Assembly (NCBI GenBank): GCA_963664405.1
Contig: OY761158.1
Location: 4,704,001 to 4,768,000, forward strand
Source: Thermoanaerobaculia bacterium
GTDB taxonomy: Bacteria; Acidobacteriota; Thermoanaerobaculia; Multivoradales; Multivoraceae
Direction: 5' to 3'
DNA: 64,000 nucleotides
A program made the translations under genes and the position numbers. Positions 48,337-58,111 of the stretch are shown piece after piece (within the stretch, counting starts at the first letter, position 1; each line of letters opens with the position of its first letter). The notes beneath the pieces are model-generated. The model was not told where the DNA came from and did no database searches. It was given only the letters and a program-made list of their open reading frames with translations.

Positions 48337-48363
48337 TATACAAAACTGTCCACATTTTATATA
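48337..48363. promoter_or_regulatory. Candidate vapBC operator/promoter palindrome
   Basis: TATACAAAAC-N7-ATTTTATATA (8/10 inverted match) beside a minus-strand TATAGT just upstream of the vapB ATG. Confidence 0.55.
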
Positions 48364-48376
48364 TCCACGATGGAGC

Positions 48377-49462
48377 TCAGTCTAGGCGCAGCACTCGATT
48401 GGCGACCGAATCGTCGGATCGCGTCGAGCCCCACTCGCCCTGGGTGGTGTGAGTGGAGACCAGCCGATGTTCCTGCTGCCAGGGCGCATTTGGATTCTCG
48501 CGCCTCAGAAGCCTTACCTCGCAGGAGCAGAGGTCGTGATGCAGAACCCAATAGGCTGAACCGTCCGGATCGCGATACTCCGCTTCTACCAGCAGAGCCG
48601 GATCCCAGGAGAGCTCGGCCTCGATGCGTAGCTCCTCGCTCTCCACGGTGATGCGCCACCAACCCGGTCCGCGCTCGTTGTGGGAGGTCGATTGATCGAC
48701 CAGGGAGAGGAGCTGGTACTCCTCTTCGCCGAGGCGTAGGTAGGCGAGGTGGGCCGCGGACTCTGCCGACCCACCGGCCGCCGGATCGGCCCCGTGCAGG
48801 CCAAGCTCGGCGTCGTCGACGCCGTCGAAGTCGCAGCAGTGGGCCCAGAAGCTGAGCGCGGCGTGTTTCCGCCCCCAGATGTGCATCTGCTCACCACTCG
48901 CCCCAACGAGCTCGACCCGCCGACCGTCGATCTCGATCCAGCCGCTGAAGCGACCCGCGGAGTATGGGCTCATATAGCCCGCGGGTAAGCGATCCCCGGC
49001 ATAGAGCTCCGCCGCGATCGGCAGATACGGGGGTCTCGGGGTCGAGATCACGAGCTCCCAGGCGAGGCGATGGCCGCCCCCCTCCAGCACCCCGTCGCAG
49101 GCGCCGGTGGCCAGCTGGCCGTCGCCGAGGCGAAGACGAAAGGGCGATCGAGCGGGGTCGAGGGCGTCGAGACCGTACTCGCGCATGAGACCGAAGCATT
49201 CTCCGCCTTCGCGGCTGTCGAAGACCGTTGCCCACAGCTCGCACCAGCCCTCCTCGGGTCGCTGCGGCGGCGCCTGAACGACGTAGCGGACCCAGGCTCC
49301 GAGCTGCGACGCCGGAACGCTGAGCATCAGGCAGTAGATCTCGTAGTAGCCCGCGGCGACACCAGGTTCGAGGCGCAGCACATTGGTTTCGTCTCGCGAC
49401 ATTGACCTGGATGCCCCTCCGAGGCCCTGCGCTCCGATTCCCCGCAGTCCCAACTCACTCAT
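48377..49462 (-). CDS. Hypothetical protein, tocopherol-cyclase/AttH-like fold suspected
   Basis: GYYE.Y, WVRY, ELWATVFD, FSGWIEIDG, GEQMHIWGRKHA..W.HC, YRDPDG. Start is 49462 or 49402. Confidence 0.55.
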   Translation of the reverse strand: MSELGLRGIGAQGLGGASRSMSRDETNVLRLEPGVAAGYYEIYCLMLSVPASQLGAWVRYVVQAPPQRPEEGWCELWATVFDSREGGECFGLMREYGLDALDPARSPFRLRLGDGQLATGACDGVLEGGGHRLAWELVISTPRPPYLPIAAELYAGDRLPAGYMSPYSAGRFSGWIEIDGRRVELVGASGEQMHIWGRKHAALSFWAHCCDFDGVDDAELGLHGADPAAGGSAESAAHLAYLRLGEEEYQLLSLVDQSTSHNERGPGWWRITVESEELRIEAELSWDPALLVEAEYRDPDGSAYWVLHHDLCSCEVRLLRRENPNAPWQQEHRLVSTHTTQGEWGSTRSDDSVANRVLRLD

Positions 49463-50979
49463 ATCGACCTCTCCTCGGCAGTGGGCGGCGGCAGAGAGAG
49501 GTGGGGGCTCTCCGTGGCCCTTGCCGGCTCGAAGGCGGCCACGGGCTCGTCCGTTCGTACTTGCTCGAGCCAGAACACGCCGTCCCAATTGCCGCTGTTG
49601 CCGCGGGTGGCGACGATATCGATATCGCCGTCCCCATCCATGTCCTGGGGGATGAACTCGTCGTACATGCCCCGGACCCGTCGTGAAACATCGTGGCGCC
49701 GCCATTCCGAGCTGAGGTCGCCGCCGGGGTTCTCGAACCAGGCGATACGCCCGACGATGGTCTCGGCCGTTGCGTCGGGGTTGTCCCGATCGCGCGGCGG
49801 GTCACTGTAGCCGCCGGTGAAGAGATCGAGATCGCCGTCCTCGTCGACGTCGACGAGCAGCACTCCGGTGGCGTGGTCCGGGGTGATGGATCCGATCATG
49901 TGGATCCGCCACGCGTCCTCGAAGCTCTCCGGCTGCTCGAGCCAGACGTTCGAGACCGGGTTCTCCTGGGTCACCACATCCAGCCGGCCGTCGCCGTTCA
50001 AGTCGGCGAAGTCGACACTCATACCGGTGAGATGGCGGGCACCGGGCTCGAGCGCTACATTGCGCCCTGTCACTTCCATCGTGTGCTCGCGAAAGCGGAG
50101 CTCTCCCTCACTTTCCTCGAGCAGGTTCTCCAGCCAGAAGGTCCTGGCCTCGGGGCGGCTGCCGGCGAGGATGTCGAGATCGCCGTCGCCGTCGAGGTCC
50201 ACCGGTCGTGAGTTGATCGGCATCTTGGCCCGCGCCACAACCTTCTCGGTCCAACTCTCCGACAGCAGCGGGTCGCCGTTGATCTCGAAGATCGAGACTT
50301 CGGTGAGCGGCCAGTTGGTGGGAAACACGGTCGGCATCGGACCGGTCTCCGGCTGCGGATTCCAATCGCCTTTGTTTGGCGCCACCGCCTCCAGCCGTCC
50401 ATCTTGGTTGAGATCGGCGAGATAGACGCGAATCCACGACCCTCGGCTGCTCGTCGCTTCCGGGATCACTCGTGGCCACTTGCCGGCGCGCGCTTCTTCG
50501 GGGCCTGGGTTCTGGAAGTAGATGAGGTGGCCAAGCTCACAGGCGATGAGGAGATCGAGCAGCCCGTCGCCGTTGACATCGGCGATCGCGATGTCTTCGG
50601 CGGCCTTCGCCTCGTCGCCTTCGGCCAGGGTGGCGAGCTCCCAGGTGTCGGGATCTTCACTGCCGAAGGCGAGGCGCACATGGTCGCTGTCTTCGTGCAC
50701 GGAAACGATGTCGAGATGTCCGTCTCCATCGAGGTCGGCCATCTTGAGCCCGTCGGCGCCGCGGATCGGAACGCCGCCGATCTGCTCGTCGTCGATCAGG
50801 TGCTCCTTCCAGGAGATGTAGCGACCGTCCGCCGCCTTGGCCTGTGTCGGGGTCGCCGCTACGACAGGGGCCTTCGTCGGTGGATCGTCGGCGCAGGCCA
50901 CGCTGAGCGCCGAACCCAAGCACACCACCAGCAATCGGCGAGCCCACACCCAACGGTCACTTGTCTTTGCTTGCTTCAT
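49459..50979 (-). CDS. FG-GAP/VCBS-repeat lipoprotein
   Basis: Lipobox LSVAC and seven D.DGDG.LD-type repeats. Confidence 0.85.
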   Translation of the reverse strand: MKQAKTSDRWVWARRLLVVCLGSALSVACADDPPTKAPVVAATPTQAKAADGRYISWKEHLIDDEQIGGVPIRGADGLKMADLDGDGHLDIVSVHEDSDHVRLAFGSEDPDTWELATLAEGDEAKAAEDIAIADVNGDGLLDLLIACELGHLIYFQNPGPEEARAGKWPRVIPEATSSRGSWIRVYLADLNQDGRLEAVAPNKGDWNPQPETGPMPTVFPTNWPLTEVSIFEINGDPLLSESWTEKVVARAKMPINSRPVDLDGDGDLDILAGSRPEARTFWLENLLEESEGELRFREHTMEVTGRNVALEPGARHLTGMSVDFADLNGDGRLDVVTQENPVSNVWLEQPESFEDAWRIHMIGSITPDHATGVLLVDVDEDGDLDLFTGGYSDPPRDRDNPDATAETIVGRIAWFENPGGDLSSEWRRHDVSRRVRGMYDEFIPQDMDGDGDIDIVATRGNSGNWDGVFWLEQVRTDEPVAAFEPARATESPHLSLPPPTAEERSI

Positions 50980-51033
50980 CGAGGAGCGACCAACAGTGTC
51001 GCCGCACTTCTGGGAGCTGTCAACTATCCCTGG

Positions 51034-51793
51034 CTATTCGTCTTCCGGCCAACGAAAGATGCGGGGGTAGTCGCGCTGCCCGAGGGAACCAAAGAGATCG
51101 TTCCGAACCGCGACAAACTGGCCCTGCTCCACTCTTGTGGCGTGGAACCGACTTGGTGACCTTCTCCTGCCAGGCTGTCGGTATACGATCGAGTACCCGT
51201 TGACTCTCACCAGCTCCTCGTTCTTGTCCAGCTCGAAGAGCACATCCGGGCGCGGTAAGTCGCAAGTGGCCTCGAGCTCGCCGAGCCTGGCGAAGTACTC
51301 GCGGTAGCTGAGCCAGGCTCCCAGCGCGCTGCGCGGGACGTTGCCAAGAGCTGGACAGGTGACGACGTCGGACGTGGTCAGCCCCAGGCGATCGATCCAG
51401 CGTAGCTGGCCCGGACGACGTAGGCCGAGATGAAAGGGAACGATCCCCATCTGTTGGCTCAATAAGCAGAAAGAACAGCGAGCCGATGCGGGCGGCGTGA
51501 AGCGGTCCAAGCACACCGCCCAGAAGCCATTCGTTCTGACCGAAGACCCACTTTGCGAGGGGAGGATGCTCGGCGTTGTAGCGCCACATGTCATAGATAC
51601 CCTGCGCGCCGAGCGCCTCAGGGTCGGCAATGAGCCATCGCAACCAAGCCATGGCCTTTCGCCCTGCCGAAATATAGAAGAGCTCGTCGAAGGACATCCC
51701 CATCGAAGGAGCCAGCAGCAAGAACATGCCGATCGCCAACACGAGCCCCGGCAAGAGCGCGACGAGGTCACGGAACAGCCCGTGCTGCGACAA
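51034..51793 (-). pseudogene. Remnant of GT-C (ArnT/PMT-like) glycosyltransferase joined out of frame to another C-terminal segment
   Basis: Frame 1 reads DELFY..NAEHPPLAKW..AARIGSLFF. From ~51460 a different frame reads QQMGIVPFHLG..WIDRLGLT..RPDVLFEL. Confidence 0.6.
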
Positions 51794-51959
51794 TCCTCCC
51801 TGGATCGCTCTCTCGGCGTGGCTCAGGTCGTTAGAAATGATGGGTCCTCTTACTCTTCGCGGTGGCCACGCGGCTTTGTCAGTGTGGGGGAGACTACGCG
51901 CCGATCTTAGCGGCTACACTGTGGAATCATTCAGGCCTCGATGCGCTTCTCTCTTCTGG

Positions 51960-52041
51960 GTGTGCAGCCCGTCCCGAGCAGGGCTGATGAGCGGCCGTTA
52001 TCAGAACCGCTTCGGCTACGACTTCAACGACAACCACACCC
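51960..52041 (+). pseudogene. Tiny sulfatase active-site fragment
   Basis: VCSPSRAGLMSGRYQNRFGYDFN with no flanking sulfatase sequence. Confidence 0.7.
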
Positions 52042-52271
52042 CAGGTGAAGCTCGATCCGGGTCGACGGGGTGCCGATCCGGCTCGTTTTCTGAGCTAACA
52101 GCGGTGGATTTCATTTCCCGGTGTCCTCGAGCCGAGATCCGGTTGACCATGGATCTACCGCCCGGCTATCGTAGTGACTGCTTGGAGCCCGGTAGTGCTG
52201 CAACAGCGAACCGGCGTGGTCGTGCAAAGAGACACTGACACAGGGACCTTAGGGTCGGCGCGGAAATAACT

Positions 52272-53337
52272 TCACATTATCGCCGGAGCGTGTGAGGCCG
52301 AGGCGCCACAGGGCGGTCGCTGCATTGGAGGTGGTGGTGAGCTGAGCCCAGGCTGTGGGGCAAGCTCTTCCTGCTCGGTTCGCGGTCTCGGCGAGAGGGT
52401 GTAGTTCCACTTTCCTAGGAAGTCGCTCCTGGCCACCGCGAGCTGCAGCATTTCCTTGTCCGATACCCTGACTCCTTTCTGGTATTGGCGTTGATCACGG
52501 CACGGCTCGACGCGCAGTCCGGTGGATGTCGTCGTGTTGCGGACGAGGTTGACGAGGATCTCGAAACTCTCGAGAGGAACTCCGGCCCAGTTCTTGCTGA
52601 TCTCGCTGAACATCCTGTGCTCGATGGGATTCCATTTACTGGTGCCAGTTGGATAGTGGGCGACGGTGATGATGAGGCCGCACTTGTCTACGAGCTTCTC
52701 CTGGAGGTACTTCTTCCAGGCTCGAAGCCGTGCGCCGTTGCTTGCGCCGCTGTCGGCAAGAATGAGGAGACGCTGAGACGCCGGATAGTGAGATCGACCG
52801 TATTTGAGCCACCAGGTCGCGATGCTGTTGACAGCGAACTCCGGCGTGTCCGACGACTGTCCGAGGACGAGAACGCCGAAGTTCCTCTGAAGATCGTAGA
52901 TCCCATAGGGGGAGGCGATGGCGAGAGCTTCGGACCGGAAGTCGTGATCCTTGACCCGCTTGGCCTCGCGGCACCATGTCTGTCCCTGGTTCTTGAACCG
53001 ACCGATCAGCTCCTTCTTCTTCGTATCGACGCTGATGATCGGGTCGCCAGCGCTTGTGAAATCCTCGCGCAGTCGCTTGATGGCCTTGAACTGTGCATCA
53101 CGATCTGGGGAGTTCCCCGAAGACAGACATTTCCTATTGCTCTTGAGGGAATAGTTCAGGTCTGCGAGCAATCGACGCACCACCGTAGCCGATACGATGA
53201 TGTCAAGGCGTTCGGCAAGGCATTGGGCCACCTTTGCAGCGGTCTCGTGCGTCCATCTTTTTGATGACATGGGATCACCAGCTATATCGGCCTCGAGTAT
53301 GGAATGGATTCCATCGACTATCTCGGGCGTTTTTTTT
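52272..53337 (-). CDS. ISAzo13 transposase, catalytic (DDE) frame
   Basis: AGDPMS..WT, DRDAQF, ISVDTKKKELIG, DHDF, PYGIYD, LILAD.G.SNG, SKWNPIEHR.FS. Probably entered by -1 frameshift. Confidence 0.92.
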
Positions 53338-54079
53338 CCACTCGTTGGTTGCCACCGCCTGCTCTTCGAACTCTTCCGCGCTCCACGGAGCCGCCGAAGA
53401 GCTCGCGACGTCCTTTTGCGACTGTATGAGGGTCCAGGTCCAGAAGATCGGCGATCTTCCGGTCGCCGCCATGCCCGAGCTTGGTCGCTTCCAGGCCAGC
53501 GAAGAGCCGCCGCTGGCGTTCGTCTAGCAGGCTGAAGAATAAAACGATGGCAGCCCTGAGCTCCTCGGGGAGCACTTCTGGAACGAGGCTGGCAGCTACA
53601 TCCTGGAGAGCCTGCCGTTCGTTGCGCATCAGCTTCTGCTGACGACGGCGCCCTGTTTCCGAGCACAAGTATACGAACCTCTTCCCAACTCTGGATCGTA
53701 CGATTCTCTTGCGACGAACGAGGTGCAACATCGCGTGCTTGACCTCGACCTGCAGCAGGAGCTCGAGTTCAGAAGCCGTATAGCCGGCAGCGGACCGGTC
53801 CACGGCAGCCACCGCAGTTTCGAGGAGGCTGCCATGCCGACTGAACCTCGCCGAACCGCACGACCACAAACCCAGATCGTCGAAATCGGGAATCTCGTTC
53901 AAGGTATAGAACCGCCCTCGATCCGAGTAGCTGGCCAAATAGCCCAATCGAGACAGCGAACGGTAGACCGTCATGGTGGCTCGGGTTCCCATGGCGTCCT
54001 TGAGCTCATCCATGGTGGCCATCTGTTCGCTCATCAAGAGCTCGCGCACTGTTGCATCACGATCTTCGGCTCGTACCAT
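53318..54079 (-). CDS. ISAzo13 transposase, upstream frame (HTH domains)
   Basis: LDERQRRLFAGLEA.KLGHGGD..IA..TVAKGRREL..RVRRAGGG is the usual ISAzo13 N-terminus, preceded by ~170 extra residues. Confidence 0.85.
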   Translation of the reverse strand: MVRAEDRDATVRELLMSEQMATMDELKDAMGTRATMTVYRSLSRLGYLASYSDRGRFYTLNEIPDFDDLGLWSCGSARFSRHGSLLETAVAAVDRSAAGYTASELELLLQVEVKHAMLHLVRRKRIVRSRVGKRFVYLCSETGRRRQQKLMRNERQALQDVAASLVPEVLPEELRAAIVLFFSLLDERQRRLFAGLEATKLGHGGDRKIADLLDLDPHTVAKGRRELFGGSVERGRVRRAGGGNQRVEKKRPR

Positions 54080-54282
54080 TTGGTATAGTTCCCCTTCCAA
54101 AAGAGGTGACAGGGGAAACTATACCAAATGCGGGCAGGGCTATGCTAGCTCTAAACCTTGCAAACAAGGCGCGTACCGGAGGATTATGCGGTGGCTGAAG
54201 AAGGGGGCAGTGGTATGGTCACCCCAGATACTGGAAACTTATTTCCGCGCCGACCCTTAGGAGGCCGGCGATCCCGCTCGCT

Positions 54283-55431
54283 GTGTGGCTCGCGGCGTGT
54301 GCCGTGTCGGTCGTGGCAGCCGGGGGCTGGGAGCGCTGGTGGGGCGAAGCGTACAGCCTGGCGAAGGGCATGATCATCTGCCTAGTCGTCGTCGCCCTGA
54401 TCTGGACCCGCGAGTCTCTTCGGCGAACGCAGATCACGCTCCTCGTCGTCGGCGCCATCATGGGAGGTTTCACGGTGCACCAGTTCACCACCGAGTCGTG
54501 GCAGCTCTCCTACTTCGGTCTCGGAAACTTCCGGCTCCAGGGCATGGCAGGCACCGTGGAGCGCCACCGGGCTAGCGGGCCGATCGGCGACCCCAACTTC
54601 TACGCGCAATTCCTACTCGTTCTCATCGCTCTGGCCATCGAGCGCGTTTGGAACGAGCGCTCGCGAGCCGTGAGCGTGCTCGCTGCCACGGCTCTCTTCG
54701 GCCTGACGGCCGCCCTCGCCTTCACCTACTCGAGGGGCGGCTACCTCGCATTCGCCTTTCTTATTCTCCTAAGCGCCCTCATCGCGACTGTCTGGAAGCC
54801 ACCCCTGCGCCGCGTTCTTCTCTCGGTCGCTCTGGTGGCAGCCGCGCTGCCCCTCGGCGGCGATACCGCCTTACACCGCTTGTCGACGATCGGACACCTG
54901 CTACAGCCTCAGAAGGGTTCGACACCGGCGGATCCCGAGAGCGATTCGCGCACCGAGGCCGAGCAACGGTTCGGCCGCATCCTGGACGACTACGGCTTCC
55001 CTGGTCGCGTCAGCGAGAATCTGTCTGCCCTGATGATGTTCGCCGACCACCCGATCGTAGGCGTGGGCTCCGGCGGCTTCGGGCTTCACTATGCCGAGTA
55101 CGCCGATCGCATCGGGATCGACCAGCGTCCCATGCGAGCAGCCCACAATCTCTATCTCGAGGTGGCGGCCGAGACCGGCTGCGTCGGCATCGCCGCGTTT
55201 ATCTTCCTCCTCGCCAGCCTCTTCGTCGGTGTGGCAAAGACCTACCGGCACCTGGTGGCCGCGGGCGAAGTCGACCTCGGGCGCTCGGTCGCCGGTCTCG
55301 GCATGGCTCTAGTTGCTTACCTTCTGGCCGCCTCCACCCTGCACCTCGGCTATCACACCATCTTCTGGCTGCTGGTGGGGATCATATTCGGGGCCGCCAA
55401 CCTGTCGCCAACTGCGGACAGCAGCGAGTGA
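54283..55431 (+). CDS. O-antigen ligase/polymerase (Wzy_C) family protein, probably 5'-truncated
   Basis: RASGPIGDPNFYAQ, TYSRGG, HPIVGVG.G.F, AHNLYLEVAAETG. The frame is open back into the IS end. Confidence 0.85.
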   Translation: MWLAACAVSVVAAGGWERWWGEAYSLAKGMIICLVVVALIWTRESLRRTQITLLVVGAIMGGFTVHQFTTESWQLSYFGLGNFRLQGMAGTVERHRASGPIGDPNFYAQFLLVLIALAIERVWNERSRAVSVLAATALFGLTAALAFTYSRGGYLAFAFLILLSALIATVWKPPLRRVLLSVALVAAALPLGGDTALHRLSTIGHLLQPQKGSTPADPESDSRTEAEQRFGRILDDYGFPGRVSENLSALMMFADHPIVGVGSGGFGLHYAEYADRIGIDQRPMRAAHNLYLEVAAETGCVGIAAFIFLLASLFVGVAKTYRHLVAAGEVDLGRSVAGLGMALVAYLLAASTLHLGYHTIFWLLVGIIFGAANLSPTADSSE

Positions 55432-56612
55432 GCGCCTCGCTCTTCTGGGTGTCGACCGGTCTCATTCTCTACGTGTGGGCGGGCTACCCGCTCCTCGTCG
55501 CCCTCCTGGCGCGCCTCCGAGCCCCGGCGACACCACCCGAGGCGATTGATGTTCCCGCTGTCACCCTGATCGTCTCCGCTTACGAAGAAGAGGCCGCGAT
55601 CGAGAGCAAGCTTGCAAACTGCTTGGATCTCGATTATCCCGCCGATCGACTGCAGATCCTGGTCGCCACCGAGCCTTCCGGCGACCGGACGGTCGACATC
55701 GTACTCTCCTGGGCCGCCCACGGTATCGAGGCGAACGTCGGTAAGGAGCGTCGAGGCAAGGCAGTCGCACTCAACAGCGCAATCGAGCAGGCGAGGGGAG
55801 AGGTGGTGGCTTTTACAGATGCGAACAATCTGTGGGAGAAAGAGGCGCTGAAGCGTCTCGTGGCGCCGCTTCACGATCGTGCGGTGGGTGGTGTGGTCGG
55901 CTCAAAAAGGATCTTGGCAGAAGACGGGCAGATCGCGAACGGGTCCGATCTGTACTGGAGGTACGAATCGTTCATACGCCGCCATGAGTCGCGCCTCTCC
56001 TCCTGCATAGGCGCTGTCGGCGAGATCTTCGCTCTGCGACGAGAGCTCTACCAGCAGATTCCCGCAGGGACCGTCAGCGACGACCTTTTCCTGGCTCTCG
56101 GGCTCCTCTCCGGTGGCTACCGAGTCGCCTACGTCGAAGAGGCGAGATCCTGGGAGTCGGCCTCGCGCTCGGCCGCCGATGAGGCTGAGAGACGGTCGCG
56201 GATCGTGGCGGGACGGCTCCAACAGCTCGGGGCGCTCGGTGCTCTTCTGCGAGAGGGCCGTGTTGTCGAGGCGTGGCAGCTGCTCTCCCACAAGATTCTG
56301 CGACTGTTCGTACCGATAGCGATGGCGACGGCCCTGGTCTCCAATGTGGCGGCCGTCCTCGGGCCGCCGACTACGGCCGCAGAGCCCTCGCTTCTCGCAC
56401 TCTCGCCACCGTACGGGGCCGTCCTCCTAGGTCTCCAAGCACTCTTCTATGCCGGCGCGCTGATCGGGTTGCGGCTGCCAACTCTTTCGGGCCCCGGTCG
56501 CATCTTGGGCCTGGCCACCTTCTTGCTCGCGGCAAACCTGGCAACCGCGAAGGGCCTCGCGCTCGGCCTGCGAGGTAAGCAAGCGCCGCGGTGGAAGAAG
56601 GCACAGCGTTGA
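55428..56612 (+). CDS. Glycosyltransferase family 2 (membrane-anchored)
   Basis: VTLIVSAYEEE, GKAVALN, FTDAN, YWRYE, DDLFL, ERRSRI..G, SHKILR. Confidence 0.9.
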   Translation: MSASLFWVSTGLILYVWAGYPLLVALLARLRAPATPPEAIDVPAVTLIVSAYEEEAAIESKLANCLDLDYPADRLQILVATEPSGDRTVDIVLSWAAHGIEANVGKERRGKAVALNSAIEQARGEVVAFTDANNLWEKEALKRLVAPLHDRAVGGVVGSKRILAEDGQIANGSDLYWRYESFIRRHESRLSSCIGAVGEIFALRRELYQQIPAGTVSDDLFLALGLLSGGYRVAYVEEARSWESASRSAADEAERRSRIVAGRLQQLGALGALLREGRVVEAWQLLSHKILRLFVPIAMATALVSNVAAVLGPPTTAAEPSLLALSPPYGAVLLGLQALFYAGALIGLRLPTLSGPGRILGLATFLLAANLATAKGLALGLRGKQAPRWKKAQR

Positions 56613-58099
56613 GCGCCCAAGGGCCGCCCGAAAGGAGCCTAGAGCGATCCGCGGCTCGCGCCGCGATGTGGTCTTCCCTAGCCTTGGCCGGGGTCAAGGT
56701 GATCAGAGTCGCCACTGTCATCGTGCTTGCCCGCCTTCTCAGCAAAGAGGACTTCGGCATCGCGACTTATGCCCTCGCCATCTGCGCGTTGCTCGAGATC
56801 GCGGAAGGCCTTGGAGTGGGCTCCGCCATGGTCTTCTTTCCGACCGACCACAGGCGATCAAGCACTGCCTTCTGGATTTTCTTCTCCACTGGCCTTCTGC
56901 TTGCTGTTGTCTGCGGGCTTGGAGCGCCACTGGCGGGCGTGCTCTATCGCGATCAGCGCGCTGTTCCCGTCACCATGGCTTTCGTCTTCTACTTTCCGGT
57001 AATGGGTGCAAGCCTCCCGCTCGACGCGCTGTTGCGCAAAGAGCTCGCCTTTGGGAAGCGGATGGTGCCGGCGATGAGTCGCGCCCTAGTCAAGGCCATC
57101 TCGTCGATCGCAATGGCGGTTGCCGGCCTGTCGTACTGGAGCCTGGTCTTCAGCCAGATCCTCGGCGCCTTCGCCTTCTCCATAGGAGTATGGTCGGTGG
57201 TGCGGTGGCGTCCGAGCTGGGTCTTCGACCTCGCCGAGGCAAAGTCTCTGCTCCGATACGCGCGCAGCCTGGTGGCGGTCAGAGCGATCGGTTCGATAAC
57301 ACACCAGCTGCCTCAGGTGTTGCTCGGACGCATCCTCGGGGCCTCCGCACTAGGGCTCTTCTCGGTTACTCTTCGTCTCGCCGACTCGCTCATCACCGAG
57401 CTGATGCCCGCGCTGTCGCAGGTTCTCTTTCCCGCCTACGCCCAGATGCAAGGGGACCTGGGGCGCCTTCGCCGATCGACGGTGTTCACTCTGCGCTTCG
57501 TCAGCGCCTTGACCGTCCCGGCTGGCGTCGGCATGGTCCTGGTGGCGGAGCCGTTAGTGCTGGCGACGCTCGGTTCCGAGTGGAGTGCAACGATACCCCT
57601 CTTGCGCTGGGGCGCCGTAGCCGCGCTCCTTCGCACCATCACCTGGCACTTCGGCGATGTTCTCAAGGCAATCGGGAGGCCGGAGATCCTATTGTGGTTG
57701 GGTCTGGCCAACGGTGCTCTCCTGCTACCCGCGCTGGCCGCCGTCACGCTGGTTATGAGAAGTGTGGCGGCAGTTATGATCTTGTTCACCGCCTTCGCAG
57801 CTCTGCGACTGATCGCCAACCTTGCAGTGGCGAGAGCTCTGTTCGGCGTGCCCTTGATCGGGGTGGCGAAGGCCCTGCTCCCGACTCTGGTCGCCACTCT
57901 GTTCATGGCGCTTGTCGTGCAACTGACGGCGATCCCAGTCGCCGACTCGAGCTCCGCTCTCCAGCTCGTCTCCCTGGCACTGGTGGGAGCGGCCTCCTAC
58001 GTCGTCGCAATCCGCTTCTTGGACCGGGATCTGACGCTCGAGGCGCGCCGAGTCCTTCGACTCGCCGTCAGCCGGAGTGACGACACGGCGCAGACCTAG
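56609..58099 (+). CDS. Polysaccharide flippase (Wzx/PST family)
   Basis: LARLLSKEDFG, G..YWSLV, LG..ALGLF, VLFPAY; many TM helices. Confidence 0.9.
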   Translation: MSAQGPPERSLERSAARAAMWSSLALAGVKVIRVATVIVLARLLSKEDFGIATYALAICALLEIAEGLGVGSAMVFFPTDHRRSSTAFWIFFSTGLLLAVVCGLGAPLAGVLYRDQRAVPVTMAFVFYFPVMGASLPLDALLRKELAFGKRMVPAMSRALVKAISSIAMAVAGLSYWSLVFSQILGAFAFSIGVWSVVRWRPSWVFDLAEAKSLLRYARSLVAVRAIGSITHQLPQVLLGRILGASALGLFSVTLRLADSLITELMPALSQVLFPAYAQMQGDLGRLRRSTVFTLRFVSALTVPAGVGMVLVAEPLVLATLGSEWSATIPLLRWGAVAALLRTITWHFGDVLKAIGRPEILLWLGLANGALLLPALAAVTLVMRSVAAVMILFTAFAALRLIANLAVARALFGVPLIGVAKALLPTLVATLFMALVVQLTAIPVADSSSALQLVSLALVGAASYVVAIRFLDRDLTLEARRVLRLAVSRSDDTAQT

Positions 58100-58111
58100 G
58101 AACCTGAGCGG

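Larger units (their letters stand above)
52252..54256 (-). mobile_element. Complete ISAzo13-family insertion sequence (2005 bp)
   Basis: Perfect 18-bp terminal inverted repeats GGGTCGGCGCGGAAATAA, with TTA directly repeated at 52249-52251 and 54257-54259. Confidence 0.93.

Noticed and set aside
52252-54256. ISAzo13 as mobiliser of repeat families A or B
   Set aside because: Its termini (GGGTCGGCGCGG) and TTA duplication do not match their ends or CTAG flanks.
54648-55427. Long N-terminal extensions in the ORF track (also 2262-2591, 14572-14886, 25185-25757, 46319-46870, 53338-53666)
   Set aside because: They overlap neighbouring real genes and are Arg/Pro-rich non-homologous sequence; downstream starts fit better.
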